DNA of 64,000 nucleotides from Perna viridis (taxonomy: Eukaryota). Position numbers and translations under genes: made by a program. The notes below the pieces were generated by a model. The model saw nothing but the letters and a program-made list of their open reading frames with translations, did no database searches and was not told where the DNA came from. This document shows positions 25,201-37,030 of this stretch, piece by piece. The stretch lies in NCBI GenBank assembly GCA_037379345.1, contig CM074512.1, positions 46,831,597 to 46,895,596 on the forward strand. Direction: 5' to 3'. The first letter of the stretch is position 1. The number at the start of each line of letters is the position of its first letter.

Positions 25201-25476
25201 CTTTCTGATTCTTCACAAATTTAACGTTCGTATTTGTTGTGTCTTTTCACCAACGATGACATCAACGGTTTGGGTATAAATGCAATTTGGAGTCGGAACG
25301 ATAACTTTATTATAGCGCCTCCATACTTCCCTTGTTCAACGTGTCATAGATATCCTTTCCTTTTTCGTCTATCCTGGACTCAACATTTTAAGAGCAACTC
25401 GGCGGGTGTTTAAAAACATGTAATTTTGTTTATAATATGACAAAAAATGGAATAATCAGTTGTTTGGAAAAAGTAA

Positions 25477-25650
25477 TACTGTGAAAATACTGGAAGACCA
25501 AACCACGAAATTTGGTTCCAAATGAAGAGGAGATTTCAATTGAAGTGTATAATGAAAACCTCAAAACCACGAATTCAAGAATCCACGAATTTGTGTTTCT
25601 TCCAAAATCGACGAAAATTGGCATCCAAGAATTAAATTACTTTCACAGTA
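25477..25650. mobile_element. TA-flanked MITE (TACTGT...ACAGTA; Tc1/mariner-type ends)
   Basis: tactgtgaaa ... tttcacagta termini. The internal ccacgaaatttggttccaaa is also present inverted at about 32220-32248. Confidence 0.6.
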
Positions 25651-25746
25651 CTATGTCAGATTAACAAATACTGTACATGTATATTAAAAGTATGAACGAA
25701 CTCTATAACAATGCTGCTTTATTCTGGCTGGAAAAAATAATGGTAA

Positions 25747-28700
25747 TCACAAAAAGCAAATTTTCAGATATGTCTGGATGCTTACTGGCAATGGTAAAGC
25801 GTCAACTTTCTCAGAAATATTTGAAGATATAGCTTTATAAATAGAAAGCGTACAACACTTTAACAACGAATTAGGAGAGTTAGCAGACAAACGCAACAAG
25901 TTCAACATATCAATATTATTTTTTAATGACGACGGTACATTGTCACCACACTCCGCTTCTCTGAGATATTGGTGTTTAGATGTATTGTAACCAGCAAACA
26001 CTAAAAGTTCGACTATATCCCATAATTCCTGGTTAACCGCCAGTTGAAATGGATCAAACTCGTAGTCATTGCGCCGAATGCGACATCTACCGACGACATC
26101 GAGACGACAATTCCAATTCAATAGAGCTCTAATTGTCTCAATATCTTTCTGTTTCACAGCGAGGAGTAATGGAGTTAATCCATTGTAATGAACTGAAATA
26201 AACAGATAGTATGTCATGTAATTAAGTTACAAGGAAGTGTGGCGAAACATCATTTGACTTTCAAGTTCGAATTGTACTTTGATTAATTAAGTCTACGGTG
26301 AATTGGCTATTAAATGGGAACTATTGAACGGTTATATTTTGTTATTAAAAAAATCTTAACGCCTCAAAACAACTCAAAACCCATAAAAATACTAATAATT
26401 GTATTACATAGCCTGCATCATTCAAACTGTTACATGTGTCAACTATGCTAGTTTTACTGGAAACAAGTAACGACTGACCTAAAATTAGAGTCGACTGGAA
26501 GTCAAAGATCCGGGACCCACACCCATGAATATCCAAGCACGCAACATACAACTTAGACGCACAACAGTAGAAACTAAGTATTTTCATTTCAAGGAAGTAC
26601 CTTCCGTTTTTTCTGCAGTTAAACAGAGATTTTATTACATTTCATTTCCTTTGAAATCTTAAAGTATATTCACGACATGGTTTTCCCATGATTGTTTGCT
26701 ATGTTATAGTATTAAGTTCAAGATCAAGCGTTATAGCGTTCATATAAATATAGTTGTATATTGTCCAATGTTTGATGGTAATTTTTTATTTAATTTGTCT
26801 ATTCTTGTCATCATAATTTGTGCAATTAAATGATATTGAAAAATTGTGAATCCCTCGATTATTTTTATTTTTTTTATTTGTGACTCATGTATGGGGAAAT
26901 GCATTGTTGTTGCAAGACTTTTATCGGATAAAACTCACTTGCAGTGTGACGGGTGCCACTGGTGGACCAGGAAATGCTTACACTTCCGGAGCATCTGGTA
27001 TCACTCCGCGGTTTTGTTGAGTTCATATGGCTAGTGCTTTAGTTTGTGTGTTTGTGTTAGGTCATGTTTTCCTTATCTTCAGTTTTTATATGTATATGTA
27101 ATATATTTCATTCGGATCGCCACATAGTATATTCAAAACGTCTTTAATTGTTTCCTGTTTTCACGTTCACGCTAAGAACTTAGATTTTGATATATCTGAA
27201 TTGTCAAATTATAGACTCCTCGGTATTTTTTGCTAAAATTTGCCCACTTTCTTTAAAATTGTTTTGCCTTCTGGTTTCAAACTGATTCTCATGTCGTGAT
27301 CGTAAAACTGTAGTTTAGATCCCTTCTGTGTTTTTTATGGTTTTAGATTTTGAGACTGTCTTTTATTATAACTGATATTTTGTCAAGACTTTTTAAAGAT
27401 AAATACAGCGAATAACATTCGAGACCTATTCCCAACGTTGGTGCAACGTCATGAGTTAGTTGGGGTAAATAGATTTATGAGTGGTCAGAAAGAAATTTAC
27501 CCAAAGTTTAACTAGAACTCGAATTTCAACTCAAACTCTGATTCGAACTCATATCTGAAACACAAAATTAATTGATGTTTCACCACACTCATTACATTGG
27601 GACTAGAACAAGCTTTAAAAAGTATAGCGTAGTTTTAAAATTGACATACAAAACATTGAATAATTAAACCAAACCATTGTACTTTAATTAAATGTGTACT
27701 TCCTGGAATTCATGACAGTATAAAATAACGAATAGTGTTTCAAAAATGTCAAGACAAATTAATATAGCTCCGAATCATATTGTCCCCGTAAAATATATTG
27801 ACACGACTTTCCAGGATCAGAGTAGATTGGTCTAGAATATAAGAGACGCAGTATAAATTTGCTTATTCTAAGATTTTTGAAGCTTAAGTTAAACTACAAG
27901 GAAAATAAACTCACATGTAATGTTCACATCAGCTCCATAATCGAGGAAAAATCGAACAAGAGGTGGACATCTTGCATATGTCGCCATAATCAATGGATTG
28001 GAAAACTCAGTTTTCGTTACATTTAGGTATGTGCCACTCTGTGTAAGAAGTATAACAATAGTCATAACATCATCAGCGACCTCGGAGTTATGTTTATTGG
28101 CGGGAATGTTGTAGCATATTAAACTTGTCAATGGTGTTCTTAAAGCTGTGTCTATAACATTGGGATCGGCATTCTGTTTAAGCAAAAGTTCCACAGCGTC
28201 GACTTTCTTTGTTATTGCAGCATGCTGAAAGAGTAAAATACGTGACTATGACGGAGACTTTTGAAGAATGAAAAATTCTCTTTTCGAAATCTAACAAAAC
28301 AATTTTGTATATAAAAGTACCAATTCTAATTTACATATCGGCTGTTCTCAAAAGAAATTATAATATTTCACAGTTAAGATCAAGATTGGATCAAGGATGT
28401 ATACAAACCCTTAAAACGGTGTGTCGCATAATACAGTTATACATTAAAACACATCTGAAGGTATACGCAAGCTGGCAAATTTTAGTGGACCCACTTCAGA
28501 CATATTTTTATCTCTACAAAGAAACGCGGGACGAAATGAGTTACATCATTTTGAGACTTACATGCAAAGCTGATCTTTTTTCTTGAAGATCCCGGAGATG
28601 AACATCGGCGCCGTTTTCCAGCAAGATATTCATGATCAAATAGTAATTTGAAACGCCCTTTGCTGACATCAACATCATTAGTGGTGTTACACCAAAATCG

Positions 28701-29116
28701 GTAGAAATGTTTGGATCTGCACCAAGGTCTAAAAGCAGACGAACGAACTTTTCAGACCCTTCCTCCACAGCGGCATGGAGAACAGATTTGCCGTATTTAT
28801 CTTGCGAATCTGCAATATCTGGTTCATTCTTTATCAAAATGCCCGCTACTTCATCACGATCTGCAGCTATGCAGTATCTTAAGGGCGTCATACCCCACGG
28901 ATCACGTGCATTTACTTTGGCGCCATTTTCAAGGAGTACTTTTACGCAGTCTGTTCTGCCTTTTTCACATGCCATATGCAAAATTGATTTCGTACTTATT
29001 CTTGCAATGTCTTCAAAAACTTGGTTCACATCTGCTCCATTTGATATCAATCTCCTCAGTTCCTCGCAATTATCGTCCACAATTGACTTGTATAATAGAG
29101 CGGATAGGTCTTCCAT
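25747..29116 (-). CDS. Ankyrin repeat and SOCS box protein (ASB-like), paralogue 2
   Basis: Exons 29116-28562, 28224-27915, 26192-25747. Ankyrin repeats (SILHMACEKGRTDCVKVLLENGAKVN, GKSVLHAAVEEG) and SOCS box (SLLKCCTLSI...LPLPVSIQTYL). Confidence 0.9.
26945..27090 (+). mobile_element. Related Penelope-like 3' motif in ASB-2 intron 2
   Basis: gacgggtgccactggtggaccaggaaatgcttacacttccggagcatctgg has the same architecture as cgggtg...gcttaccctaccggtgcacctgg. Confidence 0.5.
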
Positions 29117-30097
29117 TTCACACTGCTATGCGCTATGCACCTATAAAGTACGAACACATTGTATAAGTTATCAGACAGTTTAATTTTACTAGCAATTCGT
29201 GTTAATTAGATTCTGTTTTCTTTTCGTGAAAGGCAGAAGAAAGATTATTTCTTGAAATACAGAGATAAATCAGTGTCAGCCGGCGTCGCAGTTTTAATTA
29301 TCAGTATAAATCAACCCACACTGAGCCCCTAATCACAATACATAAGTAGCAAATACGTGCATTGCGCGATATATTTATGAATTTTGATGCATCAAGTCTT
29401 TCATACACACATTTTTTGAAAGTATAAAAACTTCTTTTCGATTAAAATAACTTCATTAACACTTACTTTTGATGAAATTATCAAGGAATTATCTTTTCCT
29501 CAATTAACACCTGTTTTTCGTTGCATTCCATCATGGCTGAGGTAAAGGTCGTTCGTGCATTAGGTAAACATCATAATGTTCATGTTAGTTATCGTTGTAA
29601 GGATATAAATACGCTTAATTCAGGTAACATCAAAGATGTAATTGTCTAAAAGCTTTTGTTTGTAATTCTTTGTTGCTAAACACTTTCAAATCTACCCGTG
29701 TAAAATTTCACTGTTCCTTATCTGAACATCCAATAGATTTAGAAAGGCACGAATGGTATCCCAAATCACCAAAAAGATGCTACTAGCATAGGTGATATAA
29801 GACCAATTCAGGTCTTTATGATCTTATGCGGATCTAAAAGGGTGGTTGGTGGGCATATGCTCGACGGGTTTAGTTGATTATATAGAAAACACTGGAAGTC
29901 ACTGGAGCACCCCATCCCCTCTTATGTCAGTCAGTACCATGTACTCTATTTAGAATTTATAAATTTGCCACTAATTGTGTTACTTTGCTTGCTTGTGCCT
30001 TTTGTTACTTCAAAAATAACAGAGAAACCAACAACATTAGTAATAAAGGCTATTCATTGTTTCAGGGTCTAATTCTTCCATGTGAGACTAGTCCAAA

Positions 30098-32941
30098 ATG
30101 ACAGGTGAGGAAATGTCGACAATGCTCTACCATTCAGTTGACTGTAACAATTCCCTAGAGCTGCAGCGACTTATTGACAACGGCGCTGACGTTAACCAGC
30201 GTTATGATAACTACTCACATCGGAAATCTATCCTCCATTTTGCTTGTGGTAAAGACCATATCCTGTGCGTAAAAACACTATTACGGAATGGTGCATCCAT
30301 AAATATTAAAGATAAATGGGGTATGACACCTTTGATGTACTGCTTATGTACTGAAAATAATGACATTGCTAAGCTACTAATATCACGAGATAAGACGACT
30401 CTCGAAGCACAAGACATGCACGGTAGGTCTTCTTTGCATATAGCAGTCGAGAATGGACACGAAGAAATCATCAGCCTCTTATTGGAGTCTGGATGTGATG
30501 TTAATATTCAAAACGTCAACGGTTTGACTCCACTTATGTATCTTGTGGCAAGTAAAAGGATTGACTGTTCTACAAAGTTGACTAAACTTTTGTTAGAAAG
30601 TGAAGCTGATGTCAACATGCCAAGTTTTCGAGACAGGAGGACAGCTTTGCATGTAGGTTGTATTAGTAAACTGCAAGATTGTATACCGTTTTTCCAAAAA
30701 AGATAGAACACCTAGATACAAATATATAGTTCTTGGTAGAGATTCCTCATACTTTGTAGGAAATAATTCCAAATCATCTTCCAAATATACAGAGGAAGAT
30801 GTTTACAAAATGCTGGAATTTTTAATCGACAACATATTTGTCCCGTGTGGTGGCCGCTATTCAACAAACGGTCGGCATTCCAATGGGAACAAATTGTGCT
30901 CCTTTACTTGCTGACCTATTCCTTCACTCTTACGAGGCTGACTTTATAGCTGATCTGATCCGAAAGAAAGAATGTCGTTTGGCTAGATCCTTTAATCTCA
31001 GTTTCCGCTATATAGATGACGTATTATCTTTAAACAATCCTAATTTCGGGGATTTGATACATTGCATCTACCCCAAAGAACTTGAGATAAAGAATACTAC
31101 AGACACTGTAAAGTCAGCCTCATTTCTTGACCTACACTTAGAAATCGATGGTAAAGGAAAACTATTGACCAAACTTTACGACAAACGTGATGACTTTTCA
31201 TCCAAAATTGTCAACTTTCCTTTCATCTGTGGCAACATCCCTTTTGCTTTTGTTACTTTGTATGTATGATTTTAGTTACTTTATGTTCTTTGTTGTGTAT
31301 GTCTGTTTTCCATATCTGGTCTTTGTCCCTGGATTGCATTCATTTGATTACCGCTATAACGTTGGTTCCTTTGATTACTCCTTCGAACCATTTTCTCCGT
31401 ACCCATTCCAAGACTTTCTAAAAAAGACAGTACAAATTGCTTTGTTCTTTTAAAACACTAAAAATTAGCAATTTTTTTCTAGATTGCTGTGATGACCAAA
31501 AAGATAGACGCCGTTGAAACTCTGCTACAGTATTCTGCTGATCCAAATCAAATAGACACAGTTGGAATGACGCCACTTACAAATCTTTTGGACCATCATC
31601 AACATGGTCAAATGTGTGATGACGTCATGACAATAGTTGTACTTCTTCTCCAAGCAGGGTCAGATATGAACTTGTCGAAGTCTGATCTGAGTAACCCATT
31701 ATTTATGGCAATCAAGAGGAAGTTACCAGAGTTTGTTAGATTGTTCCTTCAGCGAGGGGCAGATGTAAATGTAAAATGTACGTCAGGTACAAAGAAATGT
31801 TACGTAGATAGAAGTACACGTGAACATCAAGTGAAAGGAACGCACATTTTTACCTGTATTCACTCATTCCGTAATTATATATTTTATGAAAATGTATCTA
31901 ATTCCATAATTCGAAATTTAATGATGACGCCATCAGAATAAGCGATTTCACAATGACCAGGAAAAAAATCACACGTACTGCAACACTCTATTTATCATTG
32001 GTGATTATACTTCCCGAACGACATTCTGGTTCAACGCGGAATTGCTGATTTTTTTATTCTTAATTTCTTAATAGATATGCAAACAGTTATTCTGATTTAG
32101 TTCAAGTTAGTCAATGCATACAATGAAAGTACTTTTATTCGTGGAAACCAATTTTCGTTGTTTCAGTTCGTAGATGATTTGACAACTCTATATTATACAA
32201 AAGAAATGGAAATTTCCTTTTCGTTTGGAACCAAATTTCGTGGTTTGTCAAATAAAACTATTCTTAAATAATATCGCTAACAAAGTATTTTAATTTGTTT
32301 TTCTATTACTGCAAGTCTCTGTGTGTGTGGTTCTTTCGATTACAATGCAGTCGAATTCGAACATTGGACTTCAAAAAGTCGTGTGTTGATGCTCCATGCA
32401 ATATTGTTTTTTTTTCAACAAATGTTTTCTCTATATCAATCAATGTAAATTTCGATCAAGTTAAGAAGACTTTCAAATTATAAGCTTTTACTCATTTTCA
32501 GTTCCAGACTCAAAGATAACTCCCGTCATGATGGCTGTTTCACAGAGAGATACTGCCAGCGTAAATATACTTCTTAACTGGAATTGTGACTTAAATGTTA
32601 CCACGAGGTGCTATATATCATCTGAGTATATTGACACCGATCCCTTCCAATTGGCAATATTAAAGGAAGCTTGGGACATCGTGAAATTATTTGTATTACA
32701 TGGGTACAATGTCTCCAGACTGATTTATCTCAGAGACATGAATGTCAGTGCTCCAGAAACAGTTAAAGACAATGGTGAAGTTTGGGACTTTCTTCGTCAT
32801 AATGCTTCATCTACAAAATCATTATTTCAAATAAGCATTCTGGCTATTTCTAGGGCAATAAGGCATGACATTTACAACAACCTGGAGTACTTGCCAATAC
32901 CAAAGAGAATTAAAGCTTATATGAAAGATTATTATCTTTAG
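30098..32941 (+). CDS. Ankyrin repeat and SOCS box protein (ASB-like), paralogue 3
   Basis: Exons 30098-30652, 31483-31777, 32502-32941, with the same intron positions and phases as paralogues 1 and 2. SOCS box SLFQISILAI...LPIPKRIKAYM. Confidence 0.88.
30668..31384 (+). mobile_element. Degenerate Penelope-like retroelement (RT fragment plus 3' end, internally deleted) in ASB-3 intron 1
   Basis: RYKYIVLGRD..., MLEFLIDNIFV, (frameshift) QQTVGIPMGTNCAPLLADLFL, FRYIDD, KLYDKRDDF, then a jump to the family's 3' tail ending gattactcc. Confidence 0.85.
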
Positions 32942-35900
32942 AATAGTCCAGACTTGTTAGTAGTACAATATTGTGCAAGAGAAGTAATAATAGCTAGTAT
33001 ACCTAAAAAAGTAATCAAAGATTTAAGAAAACATAATTGGTCACAAAATTGTTACATGTATTACTCTACATAAAGTGGTTATCATGTTACTAAAACCAAG
33101 TTTTGTCATATTAAAACTCTCTACCCGCACACCCCCTCAACGTAAGTGTGACTTCGTCTAAAATTCATGCATCCATTTAATTTTATGTAGCCTAAATATA
33201 CATCATATTTTTAAAGCACTCTTTGATTATTCCCTGTACTGTTTGATTTCCTAGAACTGTTGTCCATTGTAAGAAATTTGTATGGCTTATATATAGTGTA
33301 AAATAGTGTTCAAATTTTGGCGGGAAATTTTCCCTTACTTTTTTTAGTCGAGCTTAACTAGAGCTGTAAATATCTGCTCATTCCAACTTGGGCTGACACT
33401 TTAATTTTTTTTTAAAACAACAATAAGGCATTCTTAAGAGGTTACAACCAAAATATTTGTGTGCATAGCTGAGATATACATGAATCATATATATATTTTT
33501 TTGCTTTAATTTGTATAATTCTTTGATGGAACTATACATGATATATAGTAATAATAGAATCATGTTTGTCAACAAAAACGAAAACAATCAACAGCCAAGT
33601 TAAAATTATCCGAAACAAATTATTTTTCTATCTGTAATTTTATGAAACAAAGGCAAAGAAATGGTTCATAGTTACATAGTAATTACGATAAAATTATTAA
33701 GATAATATAACTGTTAGGTTCAAATATTGATATGGCAAATTTATGGAAGCAATTTCCCAAAACCTGCGCTGTAATTATCATCTAAACAATTTTTGGCACA
33801 AAACTGAAGTCATCATTTAGGATTTAAAGAAACAGATATATAATATAAGGGACGCTTCACTCAAATTAAAAGTCTCAACACATGACGCAGGCAGTTTGCG
33901 TAAAATTTTTGGCTTGGATTTCTAGACAGATGAGTAAAAATCTACAGAACATGCAACATCACACTCGGTTTGATCGAACATATGATGTTTTGGAAAACCA
34001 GAATGTCTATACAAATGTGTATTAAGCTAAATTTTCTTTGATGCTAGATCATTAACGAGGCAGATCATTATAATATGCAGGTCTCAAAAAGTTTGTTAAA
34101 TTCATTACAGATTCCCTTCGTTATAATAAAGCGTTGTCTAGACTTCATTTGAGCTCATTAATAAATTATTAGATTTTCTCTAAAATACAAAAATGTAGCT
34201 CATGCGTGCGGTCACGATAATTTCTCGCGATTTTCCCGCTGAGAAGCGAAATTAAACGCTTAAATCACTACCCTTACTTATTAATCAACGGAAAATTGAA
34301 CTCCTTCAAGTGGTTGCAGCTCTATCTGCTGTACGGTCGTCTTGATATCTACTTTAATATAAATCTAATAGAAAAAGATAAATTCGATGGAATTATTTAA
34401 GAGCACATAGATAAGTGGTATAATCTTTCTGAAAAATCAGGGATAATTGGCTTTGAATTTTTTCATCAGAAGATTGTAATTTCGTTCGGATTTCTTTAAT
34501 CGATTTGATGTGCTTCTAGATACAAAATTGCCGAGTACTATAATTGAATGTTGGAAAAACAAAACCAATCATAGCAAGTTTAATTATGTATAGAAGATGT
34601 GGGACGGAGTTACATGTAAAGAAATCGAACTATACGGAATATTCCAAAATTGGTGAGTAATTCATTCACTTTTGAATATAAACTTTACTCCTGTATTTTT
34701 ACCACAGATACTAATATCAATTTATTTTTCTCGTAATAAAAGGGTATGTGATTGGGCAAAACAAACCGGGACACCTAGCTCTTATTTTTTGTTTCAACTA
34801 TGAATTACTACCTGTATTATGCATACTTGCATGTCAAGTCTTTCTGTGATATTTAAGTTAGAAACCAGTCATAATGAACACTAAAGGTATATCAAACATG
34901 CAGAAAAACTTTTGTTTTGAATAAGAAATAAAGAACTCCGCTCAGACAAATAATAAAGCTGTTCCATTTTTTTCGTTGTTTTTCGCTGTTCAAAGATCTA
35001 CAATCACGAACAAAAATATAGAAAAGTAACGAAAGGACCTGCCTTTCATAAAGAACATCGTACACGAAATACCAAAATCCATTAATGTGCTTTTGTGTAG
35101 TCGTACAATGTGTGAACGAACGGACGGGCAATTGTTCGTCAATTGATGGGAGTATGACACAGCTATCTTTTATGTCATCAAAATAAAAGCGAATCAAGGA
35201 TTCTCCTCTTTATGAAAATATAGTTTTGAAAATGTGTCCATTAAGTAGTGAAATTATCTTTCACAATTGTTATGGATCCTTGTATGAAATGTTTTCATAG
35301 TTGATCTCCCGTGCAATTCGTTTTGTGAACGAACGAAATGTACCCCGAAGATAGAAAGATAAACGGTCTTGTTGCATGACGTCATGACAAAAATGACGTC
35401 TGCTGTTAAACAAATGTATCATCAAATACAAACCGTAGGGAGCATAAGTAGTTAGATAAAACTGGCATATTTTGTATCAAAGCCTTGATAACGTTCGATT
35501 TCAAAGCCATATTCTAAATATTTTGAATACAAATTGTTACTATAAATAGAGTCCCCGTAAGTGGTAGACAGTTGAATTTGCTATGGACCTCTCTACAAGT
35601 TTATCAGCCCCACTGGATTATGTTGTCAAGAAGCAATCAACAGGGTGTCGAGCGCTAATCCCTCCTGTATATATTGCATACTTAATTTACCTGCCGTGGT
35701 TATGCAAGGAGGTGTCATGTTTTTGAACTAAAATAGTGAAAGATTTAATCGTTTCTGCTAAGCAACAAACAATAGAAATTTAGTACACATAAAATGATAA
35801 CATTATATTGACCATTTAGAAAATTCGGTGACAATGCACATATTAAGGTTTGAATTAAAGGGAAATCTTTGAACTGTAACTTTTTGACTAAAATGATATG

Positions 35901-37030
35901 GTATGGAGAAATGGACCAAATAATCTGAAGAGCTGTTTTATGAGCAATCTTGGGGAAGCATTCATCAGCTAACGAACTTTTAGAATCAACAGGTCATCTC
36001 TGCTCATATGGTCCCATGTCAGTCTTATAGAAACTATTAAATATAACTCCTCGAAAGTCCGTTCGTTTGTACAAAATGTACTTTCCAATGTTGAAATAGA
36101 AAATTTATTAATCAGATCGGTTCTGGTAATCATTGTTTGATATAAGTGAAATTTTCGTGATCAACGAAAACTTATTATTCATGGTAGGTTTATGCTCTAT
36201 TTAGGACCGGAAAGTTATAATTGGTCTGTCAGATAATGTTAATACACCCAACATAAAAGAAGATTGGTAAATAAATATACATTTGTTCCATTTTTGTTCT
36301 CCTAAACCATGAATTAGAAAGTGTGATAGTACTACAGTTAATTGCCGTTGTCTTCTATTTCGGACCAATGTCACGTGTGGAAAATAGCAGCTTTCAATCC
36401 CCTCGAATAGCACGTCAACAAGTATGAAACGATTAAATGAATATCAAAATGCCATCACCATGCAATGATATTCAGATGCCAAACTCCTTCACTTTATACC
36501 GGTTTGGCAAAATATTCAGATGCCAAAACTTAAAAGACAATGAAAGTTGTTTATACTGTCAAAGCTTAAAGAAAAACTAATCCAAATGTAGACTCCTTGT
36601 TGGTCGAAAGTTGCATAATTAGCTTAATCAATAGCCTGTCATTAAATACTTAAATGTAAAAGTTAGAACAATATTTATAATTTTGAAAGTTTTGACACAT
36701 TTCAAGTATACTATCCCTTACTAATGCATTACGAAAAAGAAGAATTTATTTCGATGTCAGAGAAATAAACAGTGTTAACCTTATCAGCAACTAAGTATTT
36801 CACACGGTAAAACACTTGTAAAATATAATAAATGGTTAATTCAACTCCCCACTAATAGATTAAACAAATTCTACCATTTAAACCATTTTTGTCAATTTAT
36901 CTTTTGACTTTTCTTGCACTGTTTGAAGATAGTTTCATACATGGTGAGAAAGAACCGAGAAAAATGTCTCGGGAACTGTCTCTGGTCGAATATTTATAGA
37001 TTTCCTTTGATTTTCTCTAGATGACTTAGC

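Noticed and set aside
28707-29183. 158-aa and 151-aa plus-strand ORFs (similarly 23260, 21089, 30211, 30508)
   Set aside because: Antisense shadows of ankyrin exons; no motifs of their own.
36580-36615. Hammerhead-like gac-tccttgttg-gtc-gaaa
   Set aside because: The CUGANGA core is absent; at best a dead relic.
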